NCBI GenBank assembly: GCA_026770705.1
Contig: JANJGN010000009.1
Span: 124,682,001 to 124,746,000, forward strand
Source: Isurus oxyrinchus
Lineage: Eukaryota
Direction: 5' to 3'
DNA length: 64,000 nucleotides
Of the stretch, positions 49,455 through 62,891 are shown in pieces; the stretch's first letter is position 1; each line of letters begins with the position of its first letter. The notes under the pieces were generated by a model that did no database searches, was not told where the DNA came from, and saw only the letters and a program-made list of their open reading frames with translations. The position numbers and the translations under genes were made by a program.

Positions 49455-50671
49455 AACATATTGAGGGACCCAGGTTTTCCCCTTTGGGTGACTTTCTAAT
49501 GGCAGGGCTGTCTGGAAGTCAATTATGTGGGTGAAAACTGAGCACGTTCATCCATTCTGTTATTGAATGGACACAGAGGATCAACTGGTCAGTACAATGC
49601 CAGACTACAGCTAGAATACCTGTCTTGGTATTAATTTAGATCAGATGTAGAATGATGTTCAGAGATTGTTCACTAGCAGCAGAGTGTGGGGGATGAAGGA
49701 AAGAGAAAGGTGAATGGAGACCAGGCCAGGGCCTGTATTCCACAACTAAATAATATTAGTACAGTAATCAGGATCACTGGGTCAGAACGCACTCTTAATA
49801 GAGAGTCATTTATTTGGGAGCATTTTACAAATTGGGGCAGAGTTATTTATACAAAGAAACAGACAGTTGTCTCCCCTCTTATCCCAGTAAAACTAACATT
49901 TACTGGATGTGCTTTATTTATGAAGGTCAATTATAATAAAACCTGTTAATGTAGTAGCTTCATTCATACTGTGTCTGGGTGGAACCATTCTAATATACTT
50001 TGAATGCCTTTGTTGAGGTCCATAAGGGCACAAGCAAAAGGCCCTTTGAGCCTGCTCTATCATTCAGTAAGATCAGGGATGACCTTCTACTTCAACTCTG
50101 CCTTCCTGTACTATTTCTTTCATTCTTAGTACTCAAAAGTCTATTAATCTCTGTTCTGAATATACTGAACAATGGAGCATCCACAGTCCTCTGGAGCTGA
50201 GAAATCCATAGGTGAGAATGACAGTGTTTTGCGGTCTGGCAAGGTGAAACCATGGCAAAGGTTCCTAAAGCCGATAAGCGCAATCAGCCCACGAGTAACA
50301 TATATTCGCACACAATCTAAAGGGCATCCAAGTCATGCTGGGAATAGACTGCCTACTTTCCCTCTTATCCATGAAAAATATATGGTACATGGAGATCCAA
50401 CAATAGGGAGTAAAAACAGAAAAACAAGTTTGCTTTTCAATGATTATTAATAGTTGCCAATAGCTATTAAGGTACCAGAATATTGGATGTAATGGGAGTT
50501 ATGTTTCTTGGATAAAACTACAAGCACTTTTACTATCCTGAGCATTTTATGTAATTCTAGGTGCACCCTGGCTAAAAGGACAGGGTTAAGATGTTGCCTC
50601 AGATATTGCTTCTTCACTTCTAACATTTTTGGTCCTTACCCAATGACCTACCGTAGTTCTTGCTTTCAGAC

Positions 50672-50901
50672 TCAGCGAGAGTCCATCCCGGCATCAGCGT
50701 CCATGAAGAGCAGCTTCACCAGAATCCCTGAGTAATAGGGTCCAAACACCATCCTGTTGTGGTGCAGTATACGACTAAAAATGCAGCCAATCTCCTTGAG
50801 CTCTGCCTGAACTGGAGCAAGCCCCCCTGGGAGAGCAGGAAGGCAGTTCTGTGGACCCGGGAAGTTGAGAAAACCCTTCAGGTATGAGTGGATCCGCTCA
50901 C
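50672..50901 (-). CDS. TCP11: TCP11-family protein, last coding exon
   Basis: tttctgtag| (G)ERIHSYLKGFL..PALPGGLAPVQAELKEIG..HHNRMVFGPYYSGILVKLLF..TGA; phase 1 matches the upstream exon. Paralog identity uncertain. Confidence 0.93.
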
Positions 50902-51639
50902 CTACAGAAAGAGATTTTGGACAATGAGACCAGCTAAATAACAACAAATAGGAGTCCAGCAGCGTAGGGCCTAGCAAGGCATGGTCTAGCAGGCAGTGCA
51001 GAAGAAGATTAAAGAAAAACTATGAGTATTAAAAAGTGTGAATTGTTCTCAGATAATATATGAAACACGTTTCAATATAAATACAGTGATTGCAAAATAT
51101 ATTTACCTTCAAGCAGGAATTTGGTGGGGTCTTGAGCCCAGAGACTAAGATCTGGGAAATGGTGGAGATATAAACTGCGCAGATGTTTGGATCATGTTTG
51201 GTTGAATTATCCAGATGTTTGGATTGTTTTGCAACGAGCAAGATCTGTGGATAGTTACCTCTTGTGCCAAGATCAATGGGAAAAAACGTATTGGTGAACA
51301 TTCCCTACCTACAGCATATTCCTAATTAATGGTGTGAATGTTGATAATATTTCTCATAAGCCCTTGATTCTGTTTGTAGAAACTTACTGTAAGCTGTTGT
51401 TCCCTCTGCTCCATTTTCTGCTCTAGGCTCTGACCTGTACTGGGGTTCAGCTCTGCAGATGTCAGTGTCTTTTGGCATTTTACCAATTTTACGTCTGATC
51501 AAAGACAATTGTGACAGGCTGGGAGGGCAGAGGGCATCATAACTGATGGCTGGGAACCCTGACTGATTTTCTCTCCTATATGGGCTTTATGGCCAATTTG
51601 CTGCTCTGCCTGAGGTCAACTCATTCAGCACAGTGTGCT

Positions 51640-53455
51640 TGTGACAGGTGTCAGGTAGAAAATACAATCGAGAACAAAGCAGAATGCAGGAAGTTCAGAG
51701 GAGAGGTGAAGAAACTATTAAGAGAAGCAAAGACTGGCAGCCAACATAAAGGGGAATCCCAAAGTCTTCTATAGGCACATAAATAGTAAAAAGGTGGTAA
51801 AAGAAGGAGTATGACCGATTAGGGACCGAATGGGGGATTTACACATGGAGACAGGGGGCATTGCTGAGGTATTTGGATCTGTCTTTACCAAGGAAGCAGA
51901 TGATACCCAGGCCAAGATGACAGAGGAGGAAACTCTTGTCGCGAGAAGGATTCAAAATGGATAAGAAGGAAATATTAGATAAACTGTCGGTACTTAAAGT
52001 TGACAAGGCACTGGGATCAGATGAGAATATTGAAGGAAGCGAGAGTCGAAATTTCAGGGGCACTGGCCATAATCTTTCAGTCTTCCCTAGATTCGGGGAG
52101 GTGGCGGAGGACTGGAGAATTGCAAACATTACGCCCTTGTTCAAAACAAGTTGTAATGATAAGCCCAGCAATTACAGACCAGTCAGTTTAACTTTGGTGG
52201 TGGGGAAGCTTCTAGAAACAATCAATTTGGGTTGGTTAGGAAGAGCCAGCATAGGTTTCTTAAGGGAAAGTCATGTTTAATTAACATACTAGAGTTGTTG
52301 AGGGTAAAGCTATTGATGTGGTGTATAAGGACTTTCAAAAGGCATTCGATACAGTGCTGCACACAGACTTGTGAGAAAAGTTATAGTTCATGGAATAAAA
52401 GGGACAGTATCAATGTGGATGCAAAATTGACTGAGGAATAGGAAACAGCGAGTAATGGTTAATGGATATTTTTCAGGCTGGAAGGAGGTTTGTAGTGGAG
52501 CTCCCCAGGGGACGGTATTGGGACCCTTGCTTTTCCTGATATATATTAATGATCTAGGTCTTGGTGTGCAGGGGGCAAGTGTGGATGATACAAAACTGTG
52601 AAACACTGTGAACTGTGAAGAGGACAGTGTAGAACTTCAAAAGGACATAGACAAGTTGGTGGAGTGGGCAGATAGGTGGCAGATGAAGTTCAATGCAGAG
52701 AATTGTGAGGTGATTTATTTTGGTAGGAAGAACATGGAGAGCCAATATAAAATAAGGGGTACAACTCTAAAGGGGGTACAGGAGCAGAGGGACCTGGGTG
52801 TATATGTGCATAAGTCATTAAAGGTGGCAGGACAGGTCGTGAGAGGAGTGGATGTATACAGTATCCTAGTCTTTATTAATAGGGGCATAGAGTACAAGAG
52901 CAAGTTGGTTATGCTGAACTTGTATCGGACACTAGTTAGACCTCAGCTGGAGTATTGTGTACACTTCTGAGTGCCAAACTTAAGGATGGATGTGAACGCA
53001 TTAGAGAGAGATGAGAAACTTCAGTTATGAAGATAGATTGGAGAGATTGGGACTGTTCTCCTTGGAGAGGAGAAAGCTAAGGGGGGATTTGATAGAGGTG
53101 TTCAAAATCATGAGGGGGTGGGAGATCGCAGATAGCTTGTAAAAGGATCAAGAACGAGAGGGCATAGATTTAAAGTGATTTGCAAAAGAAGCAACTGCGA
53201 TGTGAGAAAAAACTTTTTCACACAGCAAGTGGTTTGGGTCTAGAAGGCACTGCCTGGAAGTGTGGTGGAGGCAGGTTCAACTAAGGCATTCAAGAGAGCA
53301 TTAGATGATTATTTAAGTAAAAACAATATGCAGGGTTATAGGGAAAAGGAAGGAGGATGGCACTGAGTCATAATGCTCATACGGAGATACCGTGCAGACA
53401 CGATGGGCTGAATGGCCTCCTTCTGCACCGGAACAATTCTGTGTGATTATGATTC
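51640..53455 (+). mobile_element. Degenerate CR1 ORF2/3' fragment in a TCP11 intron (antisense to the gene)
   Basis: VAEDWRIANITPLFK..PSNYRPVSLT, GAPQGTVLGPLLF, LQKDIDKLVEWADRWQMKFN, CR1 3' tail. Confidence 0.88.
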
Positions 53456-53733
53456 TGAGAATCAAAATCTATCCTGGAATCGTGCTGGTCAGTGTGCTTC
53501 AGTTCCACAATGGGCGTAGCATGAACTAGCTGAGCCATTCTGGACATTATTAATGCTGATTATAAATGGAAATTTTGTTATAATTCACATCAGCTCTGAG
53601 TAAAGAACAACAACACATTTTTTTTAAGTAGCGATGACAAGACAGCTTAATATCATTCAAAAAATTGCCTCAGCTTCACTGATCACACTCCAGGAGTACT
53701 TGGCTTACTTTGAAAATTGTACAAAAGACTCAC

Positions 53734-53894
53734 CTATCAGGTTACGAATGACATTGTCTCTCTGTGTAATGCTTCTGATTTGTCCTTTTAAAATGGCTTC
53801 TTGCTCGCTTGTCAGAGGAGTGCATCCATGTTCAGGAAGTGACTTGACCTCTCTATATATCTGGTCGCTGACTGCAAGTAGAGATTCTTCTAAC
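53734..53894 (-). CDS. TCP11: TCP11-family protein, internal exon (161 bp)
   Basis: attcag| LEESLLAVSDQIYREV..PLTSEQEAILKGQIRSITQRDNVIRNLI |gtgagt; phases 2 and 1. Confidence 0.92.
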
Positions 53895-54691
53895 CTGAAT
53901 ATGGTGGAGATTAACAGGAGCAGCAAAACAAGAATCTTTTAATCTACTGTTTTCTGTTGATAATGATGGAGAGGGATCCTTTGGTTATATCACCTTTTCA
54001 GGATTCAAAATCAAAGCCTCAGCTGTTTGAGGCTGTAAAGATCAAAGCTTCAATTGGGTTTGTGATTTGGGAAGAAAACGGCAATGACAGGAAACCTCCT
54101 CCCTTCAAACGTCTATCCTCCTGTTAGCGATCCAAACAGGTAAAAGGAACAGAGCCCAGATGGTCCCTTACACTGAACGGAACACGGAACATGGCCATAG
54201 GACTAGGAGGAGGGACTTAAAATAGGGGCAAGGAGGAAAACAAACAAAAGAAATCTGGTTTAAGTTAACATTTTTTAAAATATGTGTGAGAATACTCCCA
54301 ACAAGAATCTCAGAATGAAGGCAGCTTTCTCCTCATGCATGTTTGTGGGAAGGTTGTAGGAATGAGTAAAAATCTGATGATGGGTCCAAGCTGTTGCCTT
54401 GAGGGCCCCTGCAGAGGTTTGGCATCAGATTTAAGTTGTTTTAAGATATAAAATATTCTGGGAGAATTAAAAATTACCCCCTAATTTCCAAAAACAAAAC
54501 CTCCCTAACAGTGAAAATAACTCCTATTTTGAAACTATTGTGCACAAAAGAGAAGAGAAATTAGTTTATATCGAAATGTGAAGCAGGGGTTGCTCTATAT
54601 CCAAGTATCCATTTTCCCAGCAGTGGCCATTTTGTTTTCCTCAGTTGTCAACACAGCCCACTCTGATGCAAGGTCTTTGAGCTAAACCATT

Positions 54692-55374
54692 GGGCTGGAT
54701 TTTACCAGCCCCATGGCAACGGGCTGACATCTTCCCTTCACCCGCAGCAGGAACCTCAAAGGCCAGGGCCTCTACCGGGCAGTCAATTCAGGCAATTAAG
54801 GGCACAAGTAAGGGCCACCTCCTGCCCCTGCTGGCATTCTGTTGCCATCGGGTGGGGCCATTGCCATGTGGAGAGACAGCCAGGTAAACTCCGACAGTCT
54901 CCCAGCAAGTTCACAGGCGTCCTTCTTTATGGTTGTTCCATGGCTCACAGAGGCGACCCCTCCCAACAGTAATAGCTGCCTCCATGGCTGTGGCTCCGCT
55001 ACTTGAAGATGCCGCCACCCCCACCCCACCGCCGGGGCCTGCCTTCCTGCCCTGACTCTGGCTTGCTGAAAAGAATGTACTTTGTCTTTGAGGGGATCTT
55101 GTCATGGAGGTACCCTCTCCTTTATAATGTAGTGTCAGCAGTGGCCACCTCTAGTGGTGGCGCTGCTGAGGCTGTTAGCCCTCTGATTGGGCCAGCAGCT
55201 CTGGGAGTAGACTGCTGCCCCTAATTGCACAGCAGTCCCAGCGGGTGGGTGGCCTCTTAATTAGCCACCATCAGTAAAATTCCTCCCTAGGGTTCCACAT
55301 CCCGCTGGCACCGGGTCAACTTCCGCTTTACGTCCTGGTGGTAGGACTTGTTCCCTGCTCGAAAAATTCAGCCC
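54692..55374. mobile_element. Harbinger-type MITE
   Basis: TIRs gggctggatttt / aaaattcagccc with an ATT TSD on both sides. Confidence 0.85.
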
Positions 55375-55699
55375 ATTAACTCTGTTTCCCTCTCCACATA
55401 TGTTGCCTGGGCTTTTAAGGTTGTTTCCAGTAATTTATGTTCTAAATACCGTCCAATTAGCTGGATGATTGGTTTATTGGTTCGAGCTGATTGGAGGTGT
55501 GTTTCGCAACTGGGACCAACTCCCAGGCAATCCAGAAAAAGAGAAGAGAATCATAACTCGAATTAACAGCTGTAGATATTTCCACTTAATACCTCATCAG
55601 AGGTAAGCACCAAGGGGCCTAGATGTGCCACATAAGTTGTGGGTCAGAAAGCATTGGTAAGGTTAAGTTCTGTAATGTTTCTTGATTTATATGAGAATT

Positions 55700-56040
55700 C
55701 TGTATTCTGCCCTTCTTACATAGATTATGACAGGTTTAGATAAGGTAGACAAAGAAATGTTGTTTCCATTAGCTGATGGTACGAGGACTTGGAGATACAG
55801 ATTTAAGGTTTTGGACTAGAGATGCAGGGGTGATGTGAGATCTTTTTTACACAGCAAGTGCTAATGACCTGAAACTCACTGCTTACTGGTATGGTGGAAG
55901 CTGAGATAATGAATAATGTCAAGCTCTCGAGGGAAATACAGGGCCGTGGGGATACAGCAGGGGAAGGGGAATGATTGGATTACTCAATGGAGAGCCAGTA
56001 TGGGTTGAATGGTCTCCTTCTGTGCCTTAATGGCTCTATA
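55700..56040 (+). mobile_element. CR1 3' fragment
   Basis: IMTGLDKVDKEMLFPL..TRTWRYRFKV remnant and gggttgaatggtctccttctgtg tail. Confidence 0.7.
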
Positions 56041-56981
56041 TATCCTTATGTTTGTCAAAGTTTTTGACCAGCATTTCAGTCTTTTGATGACCTACTTTGC
56101 TTATTGCACCTAAAACACATCTAAATTCATGAACAATCATGTATCCTTGTTATATATATGCAAGTCCCATGCCCACCTATGTTGGGCAAACAATTATAAG
56201 GTAAGTGACATTCCAAAGGTTCGATAAAAAGACTGGTTCTGAGCCTATTACAGTCAACCTTCAGTTACACTTTTTAGCTTTACGCTCCAAAATGTCTCTG
56301 ATAGCCCTGAAAGTGAATGAACCTGGGAAGGTTTTCTTAGTTTAAAATGAGGTTAACCATCCACATTTGATAAATGAAGTAGGGCCTTTACGACCAGGTT
56401 AATTTGCTAGCAAAGCAGGTGTGGTGGGATCATTAACATACAAAGCCTGAACTGAGAAGGTGAGCCAGGATAATGAGGCCCATGGCTGATGAAAGTCAGA
56501 GAGAACATGGATCTCCCTGGCTGGAGAAGGCAAGACTAAATAGCCCAAGCTTGGAAGGATTTCTTTACATAGACAATGATTGAAAGCTGCAACGTGTTGC
56601 TTGATGGAGTGTTAGAGGCCAGGACTGCACATTTAAGACACTTCAATGCTGAAAAGGGAAGGCTGTAGAATTAGTTTTGGAATGATGGAATCAAATAGGA
56701 CGAAAGACCCTCCTACTTCCAACCCTACTATTTGATCCTAACACAAGGTGAGACTGAAACTAGAGATGCTGTGCATTAGGCTGTCAGCCTTCCACAGTTA
56801 CTGTGAAATAGTGGACCACACAGGTGTCTCTCTATACTCTCACAGCTGAAAGTTGTTTTGCACCTTGCAACATTTTCACTTGCGTACACTGAAGGTATAG
56901 AGTTGTAATTATAGCAAGCGTTGAAAAATATTCCATCTCTGCTGTCACTTCCTGGAGACACAGGTGGTCAGATTAACTTAC

Positions 56982-57163
56982 TTGTGGTTCAGCCCATCCA
57001 ACAAGGCACAAGTGACCTGCTTTACTTTATCTACAAACCCAGGCAAACCACAAATGGCTGCTCCTATTGTATTACTGGTTACCAATAGGATGGAGGCCAC
57101 CAGGGTCAGCTGGTTGACTCTCTGTTGCAGTTCCTGTAGACGTGATCTGTCCATCAGCACAGT
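56982..57163 (-). CDS. TCP11: TCP11-family protein, internal exon (182 bp)
   Basis: cacacag| TVLMDRSRLQELQQRVNQLTLVASILLVT..FVDKVKQVTCALLDGLNH |gtaagt; phases 0 and 2. Confidence 0.93.
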
Positions 57164-59395
57164 CTGTGTGGGGAGGAAAAAAAATGTGTTGGTTCATGTT
57201 ATTTATCAACGGGAAGACTGTAACTCCCAATAAATCACTGTTGTACAGTGGAATTGAGGGATCGCCTGAGCAGTGTTAGCTCATTTAAAAAGTCTTAAGT
57301 CAGTTAAGTCAGTTAAGGCTGTCTTCATTTCATGTCAGTGATGATTAACTAGAACCATCCAGCCCAACTGTTGCATTTGTTAGAAAAGGACCAGGCAGAC
57401 TATGGACTATGGGGACATGAGTAGGGAGGGAAACCAATAACTGATTGTCATTGAATGATCTTTGCTGGACAACATACGGTGTGCATGTTGAGACTGTTAT
57501 TTGCTGTGATCTATGAATAGCTTACTAACACCCACAGCATGGACTCACACCCGAAGGGCCACATGGTCACGATATCAAAAAGTCTGCCAGCACCCAGGAA
57601 CTGTGTCCTGGACCTTCAGGAAAAGAAGGGAGATAAGAGCAACACAAAGAAAAACCTGGCCTGATAAAAGTGTTTATCCCTCCGAAAGTAACCTTGGTGA
57701 TAAGTGAAGGTTTTGCCATCTTTGGGGAAGAATGCAATTTGGCACCTCCAAACCCAGAGCAGTGTTTGATTGTGCTGAACTTTATTTTCAGAACAACTTT
57801 TCTGTCAGAGACAGTGAAGATGGAGAAGTTCCCGATTTGCAGGTGACTTCAATTATATTTTGGAGGTTGTATTCCTGAGCGGTTTCATTTCTCCATTTTA
57901 ATCGTTTTTTTCCCATCTCAGTGCTTTACCCCTCCTCCATCACAATCTGCAAATAATTTCATTTTGATACTCTGTTTACGTAGAAAGGGAACTCATTCTG
58001 ATAAAACTGGTAGGAGCGGGGAGACGAGGAGCCAACAATGTTAATTTTCTTTTCTGTGGGTGCAAGCAGGTGTGATGTTGGCTCCAGAAATGATGGACAG
58101 TTTCAGGTGCAGACAGTACCATTCATTTACTCTTAATAGATGACTTGAAGCACCCTATCATCAAAATAAACCTGAACTTTAATGACTATTTTGAATTTAA
58201 ATTGTTGGAGGAATGATCTGCATGAGGCAGACAGCCTCCCAGCTTCTTGACAAGGGATCAGGAAACCCATTCGCCGTTGTTGTACTTGGAGTGAGTCTTG
58301 CCATCAGTGCTGCCAACTGCCAATTGCAAAAGTCAACTGCTAAATAGATGCTATTTTATTTCTTTCAACTTGTTTATTTTTCTCATGTTCGATGGCCTTT
58401 CGGGATTAATTGTGCAGAAGGTATTATGGAACCTGACACTATCTCCAGAGATGGCCTTGCATTTTACAAAGCCCTATGGAGCAAAAGGTCATGAGGCCCA
58501 CCTCACAGTTGATCAGCAAATATGGGCCTTATATGCAATTGCCAAGAATAGTTCTATTTTGTTCAGGGGACTAGGCTGAGTCTGACTCTAGGCCTCGTCC
58601 CCCAGTCTCTCCCTGAAGCCACATGAAACGCTCCCACCTGTCAATAGGAATTATGTACAAGACCACACCAGAACAATGCCAGAGCATGACTGAGTAGGGG
58701 AAGGTGAGAGAAGGAGAGAGCTCAGTTCCATCACTGTCATGACAAACTGGCTCCACACATGCATACCAATTGGACTGAGAGTGTCCTACAAAGGCTGTGT
58801 ATGTCCTTGTCTTCTCATTACATGTGTTTTTTTCCATGTTGCTGCTCTGCTGAAGTTAACATGTGCATTCATACAATAATGTGGAGCTGTTAGGTCATGT
58901 CGACTTTATGTGTCCTGGGTCAAAGAGATCGTAAGTGAAAGGGCCAAGAAGACCTGCACAGGTGTAGTTGAGGAGCAGAGAATGAGGCTGTATGTTACCA
59001 AATTGGCAGCATAGGCCTAAGGCTGGCCTTAACTTAAAGTAACACAATCACTCAACAACATGATTGTCTATTGATACTAATTCAGTCCCTACGTACCATA
59101 TGATGCAATACCCTCTATTAATTAGAAGTTATAGGACTAATTTAATTGATTCTGGCACACTTACAGCATCTTAAACGAGGAAATGGAGAGGTGGTGTATA
59201 AGGTACTTCAGTTAAGTCCATGAACTTTGTCCTGTCAGTTTATGGTTGTTCACCTTTATTGAGAGTACTGTCCACTTGCAGCACAGAGCAGGCTATCCGC
59301 ATACCCCAGCCTGGCAACAACAATAAGTGAAGGGCACAGCACTTCTTAACATGTTTGAATAGGCATTCTCCGCACACTGGTGACCTACAGCTTAC

Positions 59396-59565
59396 CTCTG
59401 GATAAGTATCGGTGACTTGGTCCCATTTCAGCAAATTCATGAAGCCTTGATTCAACACCATTATTGGGCTCACCACTGCTGGATAGTTGCCATGAGATGA
59501 TGAGACTGAATTGACAGTTTCTTCTGTTGCTGCCTTCAGCCATGCAGTCGTGTGCTCCAAAGCAT
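59396..59565 (-). CDS. TCP11: TCP11-family protein, internal exon (170 bp)
   Basis: ttctcag| (N)ALEHTTAWL..SPIMVLNQGFMNLLKWD..YPE |gtaagc; phases 1 and 0. Confidence 0.93.
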
Positions 59566-60345
59566 CTGAGAAGTGGGGAAAGGAGGAAGGTAACAATGGC
59601 ATGATAGGAAACTACTGTTACACAGGCTCAATTACCTGTTGCCTTTACCAACTGAGCCATATAGACCCAAAAGGTCCATGGTTTGATTCCTGACCTGTGA
59701 AGAGATCTGCAAACAATTTTAGATCTTGTGGGGGAAAGAAATATAACAATGCAATGTTGGTCAGGATACAATATCTTTTTTTTAGGTGGCATGTGGGGGG
59801 GCTGTTGAAATTGAACTGAGGATCTGATTCTGAAAAATGATTTTAATCCATGGGGTCAAGAACAATTTAAGCTCATATGTATCAAACGTTAAGGCCTAGT
59901 TTACAGTGTGAAGCCTCAGCTCACACCAGACCTTCACCACTACTTCCCTTGATGCCTTTCATCTGATTTATTTTAGTATGTAAGGCTGTAGGTAGAGTCT
60001 TAGCAAATTTAAAAGTTGGATTTACTCTGTCTCTTAAATATCCACAAAATAATTGTATTTAACTCTTCTTTGGAGGAGGGAGGAATCACTCTGACAACAA
60101 TATGTGCAGCAACATTGCAACTGCATCCGGAAATAAGGCATTAACAATTTAACAACCAGAGCAATTCATTCCTCACTCCCCACCCCCTCGTCTCCACATT
60201 CTCCCTTCATTTTGAGCACACAACTCCTGCTTCCCAGTTCTCAGGCAATTCTTTGCATGAACTCTCTTTAGTCCCTGCAGCTTATCTTCTCAATAGCTCA
60301 GTGCCAGAACCGGCTGAGCAATGAGCCCTTCAATGAGTTGCTTAC

Positions 60346-60482
60346 TGGGCTGTTTGTCGAGGAACTCCTGGAACTTGCTGCGTTCGTATTGGATAGACTC
60401 TTGTTGTAGATGAGGCTTCAAGGTTTTCATGGTGAAGTTTGCCATGTCGATCTTCATCAAGTCAAGCACACGGAAGATTTCC
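60346..60482 (-). CDS. TCP11: TCP11-family protein, internal exon (137 bp)
   Basis: cacttag| [45 protein letters not shown] |gtaagc; phases 2 and 1. Confidence 0.94.
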
Positions 60483-62039
60483 CTAAGTGATGATAAAGTC
60501 AGACCGATTAGAGATTTCATTCCTCTCTTGGCATTATAGGCTGTTTCACTCTGATATGCTTAGTGTACACCTAAGCAGAGTTACTAACTGCAGAGAAAGC
60601 AAACAAATTGTGAGACGTTTCACCAGGTGATCTCTTGAACATATTTAAAAACGAATGAACATAAGAGGCCACAGATGATTTGTTATGAAGTTTTACTGTG
60701 AAAGTTTAACATCCTTTAACAGTGTAGAATTACAAGGTTCTGACCTAATCAATTAATTTAGATGGCTTATACTGATAACACTGCAGCCTAGGGTTGATAA
60801 TCCCACTAGTGGATTTGATGACTTTATAAAGTGCATGGGTATATAGCGAATGTATAATAATCATCATCGGAAGAGCTGATCCAGAAGAGATTGTAACTGG
60901 AAATGTGGTAGAACTTAGAGGATGCAGCTTGTGTTTGAAGGGACAGCTCCGATATTTACTGGGCTGGGTTTTGGGAGCAGAGGGAGGGGAGTTTTGATTG
61001 GAAGTTCAGGTTTTTCCACCACTGTGAAGTTTTTTGGGGTAAGCTTTGAGATTTTTAAAATTTTAACTTCCTATCCAATCCAAACACACTTGCTTTTTGG
61101 GCTTAAAGTTGCTCCATTATTGCAGTGAGCGAGTGGCCAAACTATGGAACAGGATTACTAGGGAGATGGTGGAAGAAGACGGTATTGATTCATTTAAATG
61201 CAAATGAGATTTCTTTCAATATTACTATTTTTGGATACAGTAAATGAGTAAGTTGAGGTAGGGCATATGGTAATTGTAGCATATTTGGGAGGAAAAGGCG
61301 ACTATGGATCTATGGTTCCCAAAGCTTACTGCCACTGGAGATTTCCTCACCTCATGGCTAGGTCTGTGATAAACTAATTGATAGAGATTAATTGCTAAGG
61401 AGTCATCAACAACTCCATTACTGTTTTATCATGCAACGGCCAGGAACTGATGGTCTGAATGACCTGTTTCCATGCCCTACGTTCTTTCTAATGGATGGAT
61501 CTTTCTCTTCTTTTGTGTAGCAATTACTATATTCCTAATGAAATTGTTTCCTTGGTATGTGGGAAACTTCTAGAATTGATTATTACAAATTGGTTGAACA
61601 TTTATGGAGATATAAACAATCTGGCAAAAGCAAGCATAGATTTACAAAAGGAAATCACACCTGACTTAGTATAAGGATCCAGAACATAAAGGGTTAATGT
61701 GGAACTGAGTACAGTACTGCCCACACAGTGATGTAACACTAGAGGTCAGTATAATTGTTGGACAGAGCCATGTGTAGAAGCAAGCATGGAGATAGCTCCT
61801 AGCTTGGACCTTCGTATATGGTTTCTAGTAGTTAATAAATACTTACTGTTGAACTACCTAAGTCTGTGAATACCTTAATAATATCTACTGAACTTTGCCC
61901 AACACCTTGCAAGATGACTAACAGCAGAATTTTGTGATAAAGTAACTAAAGGTGAATATGTGAGGGAAGTTTGCACGCAGTTTATTTGGATTTTATGTGA
62001 ATAGTTGCAAGAATATTGCTTGATCTGACTGCCTTGGAC

Positions 62040-62210
62040 AACAACAACTTGCATTTATATAGCACCTTTAATGTAGCAAAGCACCTCATGGCACTCCGCA
62101 GGAGGGTTAACAAACAAAACCTGACACTGAACCACATAAGGAGATAGCAGGACAGGATCAAAGAGGTACACTTTGAGGATTGTCTTTGAGGAGGCAGAGA
62201 GGCCTAGGAA
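62040..62210 (-). mobile_element. L2-like LINE 3' end fragment
   Basis: caacaacttgcatttatatagcacctttaatgtagc is a reverse-complemented L2/DeuSINE-type tail. Confidence 0.5.
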
Positions 62211-62270
62211 GGAAAGTCATAAGAAGAAACAACATCATACCCTCACACGTCCTCCCCCCTCCAAACATAC

Positions 62271-62491
62271 CTGAAGAGCGATACAGTCCCTGTGAGGCCT
62301 TTCAGCTTCTTAATCTCTGCATCCCTGACTGGCGCACACAGATTTGCCATCATGCCTATGATGAAGCTGGACAATTGCTGGATATCCAGTGCATTATGCT
62401 GAGCTTGCTGCTCAATCAACTCCATGTCCAGCATTTCACCGATCTGGGTCCGTAAACGGGTGTGACCAGGAAGCAGGAGAGCCAATAGTGA
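62271..62491 (-). CDS. TCP11: TCP11-family protein, internal exon (221 bp); upstream exons outside the window
   Basis: ctctttag| SLLALLLPGHTRLRTQIGEMLDMELIEQQAQHNALDI..MMANLCAPVRDAEIKKL..LFR |gtatgt; phases 0 and 2. Confidence 0.94.
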
Positions 62492-62891
62492 CTAAAGAGA
62501 AGAAAAACAGCAATAAGTAAGTTTCAGTTCAAATCAGCAGCTCTACTCCTCTCTGACACATCTCTTCTTTTGTTAAATTCCCAAGATATAGATTCATGGA
62601 TCCAACTGTGAAGATTATGTACCTTGTAACACCTTAACCTGGCAATGATTGTGTGATAGTCTGGTCTCCTGCTTGGATGGCTTATACATTTCAGGTTTGA
62701 TATTATGTGTTTATCAAGAATCAAGTGTGTTGTGTGTTTTAAAAGAAGTGCCAGTTTTATCTTATTGATAAACCTATGAAGGCAAAGGTCCACAGTGCAA
62801 GACAGCTTCCCAATTAAAAACAATAAGACAGAAATGAGCATAAAATGAAACTATCATGATTAGATGAAACATTCTTGGGTTGCAAGACATT

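Noticed and set aside
49913-49918. AATAAA on minus as the TCP11 poly(A) signal
   Set aside because: Plausible (about 750 bp past the stop) but cannot be distinguished from other hexamers without transcript data.
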